The notes: generated from the letters alone by a model not told the origin. Positions 1 through 8,843 are shown, numbered from the stretch's first letter. The stretch: 64,000 nucleotides of DNA from Longimicrobiales bacterium (GCA_965218295.1 CBDCKN010000003.1:192001-256000); one strand, 5' to 3'. Program-made: numbers and translations.

Positions 1-263
1 CCACCGGGCAGCGTGAACAGGTACACCATCGAAGTGTACAGCCCGTAGATGGCGCCAGACGTACTGTCGCCGAAGCCCAGACCGGGATTGGCGGTGCCGA
101 CCGCCGCGGTCATAAACAGAACCAGGAGCGCACGCATCCCGTAGTACGAGAAGCGCTCCCACATCTCGGTGAAGAAGAGCGTGGCCAGCCCTCTCGGCTG
201 CCCGAAGAACGTCTTTTGGTCGATCACCTGAGCTCCGGCCGAGTACTTGGAAGTCGCGCTCAA
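1..263 (-). CDS. Proton-dependent oligopeptide transporter (POT/PTR family MFS), N-terminal part; runs off the window start
   Basis: Reverse strand reads [34 protein letters not shown] (ExxERFxYY motif). Start uncertain (TTG ~263 or a downstream GTG). Confidence 0.9.
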   Translation of the reverse strand, partial: MSATSKYSAGAQVIDQKTFFGQPRGLATLFFTEMWERFSYYGMRALLVLFMTAAVGTANPGLGFGDSTSGAIYGLYTSMVYLFTLPG

Positions 264-523
264 GACCGCTCTAGGTCTGTGGGCGGAACTCTCTATCTCG
301 GGGTTCTTCTTGCTCCTGGCAAGGGCGCGTAGCTTGCTCCATGCCTTCCCGCCTACCAAGCAACGTTTGGGTTCTGTCGCACGAGCCTCCTGCGCGACAT
401 CGCGAGCGAGATGCTCGTCCACCTTCTGCCGCTGTTCCTGGCCAAGGTGCTTGGGGAGACGACCTTCGTCGCGGGCAACGCACTGCTTGCCACTCCTCTC
501 AGCGACCCGCCATCTTCGGGGCC

Positions 524-940
524 ATGTCTCATGAACCCGAGCGGCGGTCGCGACCGCACGAGTTGAAGCTCCACGTGGGCGAGGAGCACATCGACGGTCT
601 CGGTCACGTGAACAACGTGGTGTACCTGTCTTGGATCCAGGACGTGGCCACGGATCACTGGCTGAGTGTCGCGAGTCCGGAGCAGAGTGCGGAGACCGTT
701 TGGGTCGTCTTGCGGCACGAGATCGACTACGAGCGACCGGCCTATCTCGGAGACGAGATCATCGCCCGAACCTGGGTCGGCGACGCCACGCCCACGACCT
801 GGAACCGCCACACCGAGATCCTCCGGGAGGCCGACGGCCAACTGTTGGCTCGAGCGAAGAGCGTCTACTGCCCGTTGAACGCTGGATCCATGCGGCCTCG
901 CCGCCTCGACGCGGCCCTTCGGGAGCCGTTCTACCGCTAG
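524..940 (+). CDS. Acyl-CoA thioesterase (4HBT/YbgC hotdog fold)
   Basis: [18 protein letters not shown] and HEIDYERPA motifs; ATG at 524. Confidence 0.85.
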   Translation: MSHEPERRSRPHELKLHVGEEHIDGLGHVNNVVYLSWIQDVATDHWLSVASPEQSAETVWVVLRHEIDYERPAYLGDEIIARTWVGDATPTTWNRHTEILREADGQLLARAKSVYCPLNAGSMRPRRLDAALREPFYR

Positions 941-1053
941 TGTTCCGTTTTCGAAGTTCGCGAGCCACCAATCATGATTCGTCGCCCGCCCGGTGGCCCC
1001 TCTCCCTTCCAGTAGTCCCTCGGCGATGCCGTCGCCTCTCCGCGGGCCGACCC

Positions 1054-1383
1054 TTGGCGCGTCTGCAGGCGCTTGCGGATCCGTCCCGTCGCGAGGTATT
1101 CGAGCGGTTGAGGCGAGGACCACAGTCGGTGGGGGAGCTGGCCAGGGCGCTTCCCATCAGCCAGCCGGCCGTGTCGCAGCATCTGAAGGTGCTCCGGGAG
1201 GCCCGGCTCGTGGACCTCCGCAGGTACGGCACGCGTCACATCTACCGAATGAGCCAGGAAGGGCTGCGGGAGCTGCGCTGCTATGTGGAATCGTTCTGGG
1301 GCGACGTCCTCGCCGCATTCGAAGCATCGGGCGACACACCCGAGATCAACCTGAAGAGGAGGAGGAAGAGGCATGAACGCTGA
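1054..1383 (+). CDS. ArsR/SmtB family HTH transcriptional regulator
   Basis: ALADPSRREVFERL...SVGELA...ISQPAVSQHLKVLREARLV; start approximate; overlaps the SRPBCC gene. Confidence 0.9.
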   Translation: MARLQALADPSRREVFERLRRGPQSVGELARALPISQPAVSQHLKVLREARLVDLRRYGTRHIYRMSQEGLRELRCYVESFWGDVLAAFEASGDTPEINLKRRRKRHER

Positions 1384-1834
1384 GCAGACCCGGGCCGGGA
1401 TAGAGCCTATCGTCAAGTCGGTCACGGTCTCCTGGTCCCGTGAGACGGCGTTCCGCCGCTTCACGGATGAGATGGGGACCTGGTGGCCTGTCGAGACCCA
1501 CTCCCTGAGTGGTGAGCGAGCACGGACGGTGACGATGGAGGGTCGAGAGGGCGGCCGGCTCTACGAGACGGACGTGGACGGGAAAACGTGCCTCTGGGGC
1601 GCGGTGACAGCGTGGCAGCCGTCCGAGTACGTGGCATTCACGTGGCACTTGGATCGAGACCCTTCCACGGCGCAAAGGGTCGAGGTTCGGTTCACGGCCG
1701 ACGGCGAGGGCACCACGGTGGAGCTCACCCATCGCGATTGGGAGGTCTTCGCCGAGCGGGCCGAGGAGGTGCGGGGCAACTATCTCGGCGGATGGGAAGG
1801 CGTGCTCGGGCGGTACGCGGAGGGCGCGTCGTGA
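1373..1834 (+). CDS. SRPBCC/AHSA1 domain protein
   Basis: AFRRFTDEMGTWWP...VEVRF...GTTVELTHRDWE...GGW; typical ArsR partner. Confidence 0.85.
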   Translation: MNAEQTRAGIEPIVKSVTVSWSRETAFRRFTDEMGTWWPVETHSLSGERARTVTMEGREGGRLYETDVDGKTCLWGAVTAWQPSEYVAFTWHLDRDPSTAQRVEVRFTADGEGTTVELTHRDWEVFAERAEEVRGNYLGGWEGVLGRYAEGAS

Positions 1835-1903
1835 ACCGAAGACGGGCCCTGGTCGGCGGGTGGTTGTATCGCGAGTAGCGCCCCCGGAGATATCTTGCAG
1901 GCC

Positions 1904-2203
1904 ATGTCTAGAGCGTTCGTCAAGGAGGACGGGAATCCGGATCCGGAGCCCCGCTACGGGCTTCCGGATCCGGACTCACCGTACTTCAAGGAAGCGGCGT
2001 CCCGGGCCCTCATCGAGGGTGCCAACCAGGGCAACACGAAGAGCGCCGAGCGTGCCACGGGATACCGGTGGGGACAGCCGGAGCTCGTTCCCGACATCCG
2101 AATGATCCTCGACGAGGCTCGCCAACAGGGTGACGAGCGCCGGGTACAGCTCGCCGAGCGCTACCTCCGGAAGGCAGGGGCGGTCACCGGCCCGGATGGC
2201 TAA
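1904..2203 (+). CDS. Hypothetical protein with MSRAFVKED N-terminus (seen in GreA/GreB-related proteins)
   Basis: ATG at 1904; plausible helical protein; lacks a GreA C-terminal domain. Confidence 0.6.
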   Translation: MSRAFVKEDGNPDPEPRYGLPDPDSPYFKEAASRALIEGANQGNTKSAERATGYRWGQPELVPDIRMILDEARQQGDERRVQLAERYLRKAGAVTGPDG

Positions 2204-2422
2204 AAGCCCGCTGGGGCATCCAACCGTTGGCGTGCCATCAACTCCAGGCGCGGCGGCCCCGTCTACGGGTCTCCCGCGTGAACCCCTTTGTCCTGCGTCG
2301 GAACCGTTGGCCCGGTGTGGCATCTGCGATAGATTCGTATGGGGATTATATACCTATTTACTTTTTTGGCCCGATGCGTTATATTCTATATAAGGTAAAT
2401 GATGATACCGTAAGGGGTTACG

Positions 2423-3376
2423 ATGACACGACGCAAGGGACCGGGCAAGGCGTACCGGGAGGGAATAACCCTCCTCGAACTGGCGGAGATATTCCCGACC
2501 GAGGAGTCGGCCGTCCACTGGTTCGAGCGCGCGGTATGGGGCGAGGAGCGATGCTGCGGACACTGCGGAGGACTAGATACCCGCCAGACCAAGAGCGGAA
2601 AACCACAGCCCTACTTCTGTCGTGACTGTCATCAATACTTCAGCCTCCGCACCGGCACGGTGATGGCACACTCGAAGCTGCCCATCCGCACCTGGGTCTA
2701 CGCGATCTACCTGAACTGCACGAGCCTCAAGAGCGTTTCGTCGATGAAGCTGCATCGCGACCTGGGGATCACACAAAAGACGGCGTGGTTCATGCAGCAG
2801 CGCATCCGCGAGGCGTTCAAGGCCGAGGGACCGATGATCTTTATCGGACCCATCGAGGTGGATGAGAGCTATTTCGGTGGCAAGAAGAATCGCAAGACCT
2901 CGGGCCGTGGCCCGGTGGGTAAGACGGCCGTCGTCGGGGCGAAGGACCGGGCCACGGGACAGGTGACCGCACGGGTGGTCGACCGCACGGATAAAGAGAC
3001 GCTACAGAACTTCGTCGAGACCATCACGCTCAGGGACGGCACGAAGGTCTATACCGACGGCGCGATGGCCTACCGCGGACTGCCCAATCACGAGTGGGTC
3101 GATCACGGCGCCGGTGAGTATGTCGATGGTCAGGTTCACACAAATGGCATCGAGAGCTTCTGGTCGATGCTCAAGCGGGCGTACAAGGGGACGTTCCACA
3201 AGCTGTCCGCTAAGCACCTCCAGAGGTACGTCAACGAGTTTGCAGGCCGGCACAACATCCGCGAGATGGATACGATTCGACAGATGGAAGAGGTCGTCGT
3301 CCGCATGGTCGGTCGGCGGCTCATGTATCGCGACTTGACCGCTGACAACGGCCTGTCGTCAGGAGCGCGTAGCTGA
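2423..3376 (+). CDS. IS1595-family (ISXO2-like) DDE transposase
   Basis: Zn ribbon CGHC...CRDC, HTH, EVDESYFGG, VYTDG, HTNGIESFWSMLKR. Confidence 0.95.
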   Translation: MTRRKGPGKAYREGITLLELAEIFPTEESAVHWFERAVWGEERCCGHCGGLDTRQTKSGKPQPYFCRDCHQYFSLRTGTVMAHSKLPIRTWVYAIYLNCTSLKSVSSMKLHRDLGITQKTAWFMQQRIREAFKAEGPMIFIGPIEVDESYFGGKKNRKTSGRGPVGKTAVVGAKDRATGQVTARVVDRTDKETLQNFVETITLRDGTKVYTDGAMAYRGLPNHEWVDHGAGEYVDGQVHTNGIESFWSMLKRAYKGTFHKLSAKHLQRYVNEFAGRHNIREMDTIRQMEEVVVRMVGRRLMYRDLTADNGLSSGARS

Positions 3377-3598
3377 GTCCTTCACCCAGTGGCTAACCGG
3401 CCCGATGAAGACCGAACCATCAACGGTTAGCCTGTTCCAGGAGAGACAGGGTTGCTGACGTAATTAGGGTATCAGCCTCAGCGTGCCGCTTTTTCCAGCG
3501 GAGCGTGAAGTACCGCTCAACCAATTCCTGAGAGGGTGGGAAGGTATTACTATTCATATGGAAAGCTCATTCATTGTTGTGGGTGGATGTTTTCCATC

Positions 3599-3631
3599 GC
3601 GCCCGATCTGACCTCATATCAGATTGGGCGC
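3599..3631. terminator. 13-bp stem hairpin between the convergent transposase and passenger genes; possible terminator
   Basis: GCGCCCGATCTGA-cctcata-TCAGATTGGGCGC (one G:T pair); no clear U-tract. Confidence 0.45.
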
Positions 3632-3675
3632 AACCTTGTTAGTACACGACCCTCCTCGTCGTTGTTTCAGTAATA

Positions 3676-3858
3676 TCATGAAGATATCTTCACAAGAACG
3701 ATCTCGGCTTCGTGGCAGCCACGGGTCAGCGTGATGGCCTCGACGCAGGCGTCCTTGCTGGGGTAGGCAGGAGGAGGCCCCATGGCGATGACCTGTTCCT
3801 CATGGTACAGATTCCAGTGCCACTTGCCACCTTCATTTTTCTTGATCGCAAAGTGCAT
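3676..3858 (-). CDS. YegP/DUF1508-like small protein (IS1595 passenger)
   Basis: F.I.K...GKWHWNL....VIA....YPSKDACVEAI pattern; GGAGG upstream of the ATG. Confidence 0.7.
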   Translation of the reverse strand: MHFAIKKNEGGKWHWNLYHEEQVIAMGPPPAYPSKDACVEAITLTRGCHEAEIVLVKISS

Positions 3859-4063
3859 ATCTTTAGCCTCCGCAGGTAAGAGCTACCAACAGGACGAGCG
3901 CTCCAGAGATGAGGTAGATCTGGATGATGGGCATCTCGTTTATCGCATGGGCTATCTCCTCACCCTTCTTCTGTGCTCTAGTGTCAAGGAGCTCTATGTC
4001 GATCACCGGCTCCTGTTTTTCTTTCAACTCTGTAGGCTGACCGGCCCCCAATAGTGGTACCAC

Positions 4064-4975
4064 CTACTGTGTTAGTCCAACGGCCTCCTGCAGCCTGGGG
4101 TGAGGGCCGTTAAGCTTGGGCAGATTCAAGAAGAAGGGATCGGGCCGTAGCGCTTCGGGGGCCGGTGGTCGGTAGCGGAGCGAGCTGTGGGGTCGGATGG
4201 TGTTGTACTCCCGCCGCCACTGTTCGATGAGCACTTTCGCCTCCTCCAACGAGTAGAAGATCTCCCGCTTCAGGACTTCTTCGCCCAGCGTCCCGTTGAA
4301 GCTTTCGTTGTAGCCATTCTCCCACGGGCTACCCGGCTCGATATACAGCGTCTTCACCTCGACCCGCTCGAGCCACTCACGAACCACCTTGGCCGTGAAC
4401 TCCGGACCGTTGTCGGACCGGAGATTGGCCGGTGGACCATGCTCGACAAAGAGCTCACTGAGCGTCTGCAACACATCGTCCGCCCTGAGCCTTCGGGCCA
4501 CTACGATCGCCAGACACTCCCGGCTGTATTCATCCAACACCGTCAGCATCTTCAGCGGCCGACCGTCGTGCGTCCGATCCGCCACGAAGTCATACGCCCA
4601 GACGTGATGGCGGTACAAGGGTCGAAGCCGGATGCATGAGCCGTCCGTAAACCAGAGCCGGCCCCGTTTGGGCTGTTTCTTGGGCACTTTCAGGCCCTCC
4701 TCTCTCCAGATCCGCTCCACCCGCTTGTGGTTCACCACCCAGCCCTCCGCCCTCAACATCCCTGTAACCATCCGGTACCCGTAGCGACCGAACCGACCCG
4801 CCACCTTGACCACGTCCGCTCGTAGCGCCGCTTCATCAGCCCCTCTCTTCCGACTCCTCCGTTGTGTCGATCGAGCCTGGCCCAACACCTCGCACGCTCG
4901 CCTCTCGCTCACCCCGAGCCGCTGCTGGACCCGCACCACACAGCGCCTCCGCCGCTCGGGGCTTAGAAGTTTCCC
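4064..4975 (-). CDS. IS3 transposase OrfB (rve integrase core), expressed by -1 frameshift
   Basis: YGYR, NHKRVERIWREEGL, WAYDF, RSDNGPEF, PWENGYNESFN. Confidence 0.93.
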   Translation of the reverse strand, partial: GKLLSPERRRRCVVRVQQRLGVSERRACEVLGQARSTQRRSRKRGADEAALRADVVKVAGRFGRYGYRMVTGMLRAEGWVVNHKRVERIWREEGLKVPKKQPKRGRLWFTDGSCIRLRPLYRHHVWAYDFVADRTHDGRPLKMLTVLDEYSRECLAIVVARRLRADDVLQTLSELFVEHGPPANLRSDNGPEFTAKVVREWLERVEVKTLYIEPGSPWENGYNESFNGTLGEEVLKREIFYSLEEAKVLIEQWRREYNTIRPHSSLRYRPPAPEALRPDPFFLNLPKLNGPHPRLQEAVGLTQ

Positions 4976-5244
4976 TTTGACGCTTCCTTCAGGATCATCT
5001 TGTCCACCGTCAGATCGGCCACCGCCCGCTTCAGTCGATGGTTCTCCTTCTCGAGCTCCTTCAGACGCTTCGCCTGACTCGTCTTCATCCCCCCGTACTC
5101 CCTCCGCCACCGGTAGTACGTCTGCTCGCTCACCCCTAGATCCCGGATCACCTCTTTCAGCGACTTCCCGTTGGCGAGCCCCACTTCCGCCCGCCGTAGC
5201 CCGTTGATGATCTGCGCTGCCGTGTAGTTCTTCCGTGCTGCCAT
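4963..5244 (-). CDS. IS3 transposase OrfA (HTH)
   Basis: LGVSEQTYYRWRREYGGM...LKELEKENHRLKR; G GGA AAC slippery site just before the stop. Confidence 0.92.
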   Translation of the reverse strand: MAARKNYTAAQIINGLRRAEVGLANGKSLKEVIRDLGVSEQTYYRWRREYGGMKTSQAKRLKELEKENHRLKRAVADLTVDKMILKEASKGNF

Positions 5245-5880
5245 CTCGACCTCCTCCCGGTCTCGACCCGCCCAGATTCTAACACTGGACCTGGTCTCGT
5301 TTCAGGGGGCTAGGTCATAGGAACAGGCACCACATAGAATGGGTGTTCTGCCTCGTTGCCGATCTCTGCTTGCACGAAGGTGTTCAATCGGTCGGCGAGC
5401 TCGGTGGCGACCGCACGGGTAAATGGCCAGGGCTCGCCGACGTTAGCTGGCCCATGCCCTGGCACATCGAGTGGAAAATCTATCGTCGTGAAGCCGATGA
5501 CCGTCTCAAGTGACTCATCTACACGGTGAGCGATAAGCCACCAACTCTGGTCATCATCGGGTTTGATCTTCTGCGGAAACCGCAGCAAGTTTCCCATCAC
5601 GCTCGCATGATAAGGACACAGTGGTGCCGGGCCGTTTGCCAGTCACCACATAGGGAACGTGCGGAAAGACTCCTACCTGTTCACCCGCCGGTCGGGAGCT
5701 ACCCTCTCGGATTTTGTGCTTGGGCTCTTGTATTCGGTAGGTAACCCGACGTGAGAGTCCCCTACGTAATAACTGGCAGGCTCAACGTATAACTTGTTGG
5801 ACCCCTTGACAAGGCCGTTTCCAGGGGTTACGCAGACGGGTCGTATAAATTATTTTTAACAGGTGATATTAGCGTAGAGG

Positions 5881-6054
5881 ATGAGGATGTCCGAGAAGAA
5901 AATGAGCAAGAAAGAGAGCGAGCAGCGTCGCGACGACTGGGCAGACGCCCCGTCGCGCAATCCTGACTTCAAGGGGGCGACACCGATCGATGTGGCCCGA
6001 GCGTTGTGGAATCATCGCCCGAAGAAGTCGTCACAGAAGGATCCGAAAAAGTAA
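5881..6054 (+). CDS. 57-aa basic hypothetical protein (IS1595 passenger)
   Basis: MRMSEKKMSKKESEQRRDDWADAPSRNPDFKGATPIDVARALWNHRPKKSSQKDPKK*; GAGG upstream of the ATGs; below the ORF-track length cut-off. Confidence 0.55.
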   Translation: MRMSEKKMSKKESEQRRDDWADAPSRNPDFKGATPIDVARALWNHRPKKSSQKDPKK

Positions 6055-6068
6055 AAATGAGAACTACA

Positions 6069-6154
6069 CGGAAGGCGGGAGAGTCGAACCCCCGGTGCTT
6101 TCGACACCGCCCTGGCTTTTGGGACCAGTTGGACCACCAATCGGGGCACCTTCC
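6069..6154 (-). ncRNA. tRNA-like RNA with long variable arm, CAA anticodon position and non-canonical cloverleaf
   Basis: GGAAGGTG/CGCCTTCC-G acceptor, CTGGT-CCCAAAA-GCCAG anticodon arm, CGGTG-TCGAAAG-CACCG variable arm, GGGG-TTCGACT-CTCC T arm; weak D stem; no CCA. Confidence 0.75.
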
Positions 6155-6247
6155 GTGTAGTCTCTACCCTTGTAGCAAGAGCCCGATTTCAATAGAAAGT
6201 AAATAGGTATATAAATCCCATTCGTATTCCCTCAAAAAGGAATGCAC

Positions 6248-6940
6248 ATGCGATTTCAGATACAGTCGGTGGCGGTTCTCGCCTCGATCATCACAGCCGG
6301 CTGCCAGGCCGGCGGGACGGCGTCTCTGGATACAGACGTTCAGAAGGCGAGCTACGGCATCGGTATTGAGATCGGCACGAACTTCCGTCCGGCGCAGGAC
6401 TACTTCGACCTCGATGCGTTGATTCGAGGCATTGAAGACGCCCTGGCCGAGCGTGAGCTGGCCCTCCCCGCCGATTCGCTCCAGGTGGCGAGGCAGCGCG
6501 TGGGTCAGCAGGTTCAGCAGACCCAGATCACGGCTCAGCAGGAGCTCACGGACAAGAACCTCGCCGAGGGGGAGGCCTTCCTCACCGAGAACGCCACCAA
6601 GGAAGGGATCATCACCACGGACAGTGGGCTACAGTACGAGATCCTGACCCAAGGGGACGGCCCGCGGCCCGATGCCGACTCCCAGGTGAAAGTCCACTAC
6701 CGCGGCACGCTCATCGACGGTACCGAGTTCGATAGCTCGTACGAGCGTGGCGACCCTAGCGAGTTCGGCGTCAACAGGCTGATCCCCGGATTTAGCGAGG
6801 GTCTCCAGCTGATGCCCGTTGGCAGCCACTACCGACTCTTCATCCCTGCCGATATCGGGTATGGGCAGCAGGCCGCCGGAAGCAGCATCGGGCCCAACTC
6901 CACGCTGATCTTCGAGGTCGAGCTCCAGGAGATTCTCTAG
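6248..6940 (+). CDS. fkpA: FKBP-type peptidyl-prolyl cis-trans isomerase (FkpA/Mip-like, lipoprotein signal)
   Basis: SYGIG, TDSGLQYE, VKVHYRGTLIDGTEFDSSY, LFIPADIGYG, NSTLIFEVEL. Confidence 0.92.
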   Translation: MRFQIQSVAVLASIITAGCQAGGTASLDTDVQKASYGIGIEIGTNFRPAQDYFDLDALIRGIEDALAERELALPADSLQVARQRVGQQVQQTQITAQQELTDKNLAEGEAFLTENATKEGIITTDSGLQYEILTQGDGPRPDADSQVKVHYRGTLIDGTEFDSSYERGDPSEFGVNRLIPGFSEGLQLMPVGSHYRLFIPADIGYGQQAAGSSIGPNSTLIFEVELQEIL

Positions 6941-6968
6941 GAGCCTGACGCGGACCGGCGCTGGGGTC

Positions 6969-7499
6969 TCATCGGCCGGCCTTGGCCAGGATCGCTTCGA
7001 TGAATTCCGTCTTGCCCGCCGTGTATGCCTCCAAGTCCACGTCCTCTCGGGCGCCGAGATCACGCTTGAGGGCCGCATAAGCCTCCCGGTCCGCCTCGTC
7101 CTCGCGAAGGTGATCTCGCAGGGCGAGGTGCCGATCCAGCTCCCGGCCTCCCTCTACCGACACGTAGAGATGATGTGGCGCCCAGTCCCTCTTGGGATCG
7201 CGCAGCGGGACATCGGGTCCCCTCCGACGAAAGGCCTCCTGGCCCATGACCCCACGGTCTCCCTCGTAGATGTAGCCCAGGTGGGCGAGCTGCATGATCG
7301 TCCGACCCAGGTGAGAGTCCTCTGCGATCACCACATGGATGTCGATGATCGGCTTCGCTGCCAGCTCCGGAACGGCGGTGCTTCCCACATGCTCCACCTC
7401 CACGACGCCGCTCTCTTCGGGCAGCTCTTCGAGAAGGCAAGCCCTGACCTCATCGAATCGGGCCGGCCAGGCCGGGTTGTAGTCTGAAATGGTGATCAT
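6969..7499 (-). CDS. GrpB/UPF0157 family nucleotidyltransferase-fold protein
   Basis: YNPAWPARF, EHVGSTAVPELAAKPIIDI, HLALRDHLR, YTAGKTEFI. Confidence 0.9.
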   Translation of the reverse strand: MITISDYNPAWPARFDEVRACLLEELPEESGVVEVEHVGSTAVPELAAKPIIDIHVVIAEDSHLGRTIMQLAHLGYIYEGDRGVMGQEAFRRRGPDVPLRDPKRDWAPHHLYVSVEGGRELDRHLALRDHLREDEADREAYAALKRDLGAREDVDLEAYTAGKTEFIEAILAKAGR

Positions 7500-7574
7500 G
7501 GCACTACTGCCTCCGCCTCGCACCCAGTCCCGCGAGGACGCTCGCCGCCCCCGCCACGAAAGCTCGCCGCTTCA

Positions 7575-8420
7575 TCAGGTGCCCAACCCGCTCAGATAGA
7601 CGTAGCTGGCCGCTACCGACGTGAACCCCTCTGCGGGTTGGTCGTGCTCGACGAAGTAGTGACGCATCCCAGCCAGGGCCCGGGCACCGAAGATGGTCGG
7701 CCAGTCGATATCGCCGGCACCCACCTCCGTCATGACTCCCTCCTCGGTGCGGTCCTTCACATGCACCATGGGCACCCGCCCCGGCCAACGCTCGAAGAAG
7801 GCCATGGGGTCGCCGCCTCCGTGGATGATCCAGAAGAGATCGAGCTCGATCAGCACCAGCGCCGGATCGGTCTGCTCGCAGAGGAGGTCGAAGGGTATCT
7901 GACCGTCGATGGGCACGAACTCGAAGTCGTGATTGTGGTAGGCGAACTGGATCCCGGCGCGCCGAGCCTCATCGGCAGCACGGTTGAAGATGTCGGCGAG
8001 GGCACGCCAGTGATCGAGGGTGACGCGCATCTCGTTCGGGACGAAGGCCAGGACCAGGTACTGATGACCGATGGTGGTCGCGAGGTCCAACGTGTTCGGC
8101 CAGTCGGCGATCACGGCGTTGATGTCCACGTGAGCCGCGGGCGAGCTCAATCCGGCCGCCGCGAGGCCGCTCCTGATCTCGGCCGGGCTACGACCGAAGT
8201 ATCCACCGAATTCCACCTCGCTGTAGCCGATCTCGGCGACCCTAGCCAGCGTCGCGTCCACACCCTTTGCCATCTCTCGCCGGAGGGTGTAGAGCTGCAC
8301 GCCGAGCGGGCCCAGAGGTCCAGTCACAACCTCCGTCTGCCCGCACGCCAGCTCACCGATGCCCACAGTGCCCGCCGCCAGGAGCCCCAGTCTTCGCAAC
8401 GCCTCACGGCGCGTCACCAT
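7575..8420 (-). CDS. Tat-exported sugar phosphate isomerase/epimerase (xylose isomerase-like TIM barrel)
   Basis: MVTRREALR Tat motif; GVQLYTLR, YHNHDFEF, ELDLFW, HVKD, VEHD. Confidence 0.9.
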   Translation of the reverse strand: MVTRREALRRLGLLAAGTVGIGELACGQTEVVTGPLGPLGVQLYTLRREMAKGVDATLARVAEIGYSEVEFGGYFGRSPAEIRSGLAAAGLSSPAAHVDINAVIADWPNTLDLATTIGHQYLVLAFVPNEMRVTLDHWRALADIFNRAADEARRAGIQFAYHNHDFEFVPIDGQIPFDLLCEQTDPALVLIELDLFWIIHGGGDPMAFFERWPGRVPMVHVKDRTEEGVMTEVGAGDIDWPTIFGARALAGMRHYFVEHDQPAEGFTSVAASYVYLSGLGT

Positions 8421-8843
8421 CACAGCTCTCCCCGGTTCGTCAGGTCGACGGCATGGTCGACGGCCCGTGCGGTGAGGCCATATAGGTGATGCTCGGGTTC
8501 TGGTTCGCGACGAGCTGGCCCGGAGAAAGGCCGGCCGTTGCCGCGGTGACACCGAGAATGCGTAGGAGATGGCGCCGATCCATCCGCGCTCCCTTCAGAT
8601 GAGTGGAGCGGTGAACTTAGTCGCGGGGTGCCCGGAGCCGCTAGAAGCCTGACCGAGTAATGGGGTGCTGCCGCGCGACGGCCCCTCGACCTGCGTGCCA
8701 TGCGGCCTGAACTGGTCCCGCGAGTCGTCCCGCAGCATCCTCGGCGAGTCAGACCCACGCGGCCTCGAGTCCGGCCCGCCGGGCTTCGTCAGACGCCAAA
8801 TCCCGGGAGCGATTCGTGTCCTACGTTTCGGACGGGGTGGGAC

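Larger units (their letters stand above)
4037..5317 (-). mobile_element. IS3-family element nested in the IS1595
   Basis: Imperfect ~38-bp IRs ((C)TGACCGGCCCCC...GTGTTAG and TGACCTAGCCCCC...GTGTTAG); 4-bp TSD TAGG at 4033-4036 and 5318-5321. Confidence 0.9.
3863..5600 (-). pseudogene. ~150-aa hypothetical protein with hydrophobic C-terminus, split by IS3 (5318-5600 plus 3863-4036)
   Basis: Removing the IS3 and one TAGG copy joins ...FYVVPVP to TELKEKQE... in frame. Confidence 0.7.
2341..6219 (+). mobile_element. IS1595-family transposon with passenger region (3879 bp including nested IS3)
   Basis: 24-bp IRs (GGGGATTATATACCTATTTACTTT 2341-2364; reverse complement at 6196-6219, 2 mismatches). 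8-bp TSD ATTCGTAT at 2333-2340 and 6220-6227. Interior is visibly lower in GC. Confidence 0.93.

Noticed and set aside
6069..6154. Calling the RNA a normal tRNA-Leu(CAA) or selC tRNA-Sec
   Set aside because: The anticodon is not TCA and the D stem is not Sec-like. C33, G discriminator, a broken D stem and paired flanks argue against a canonical tRNA-Leu.
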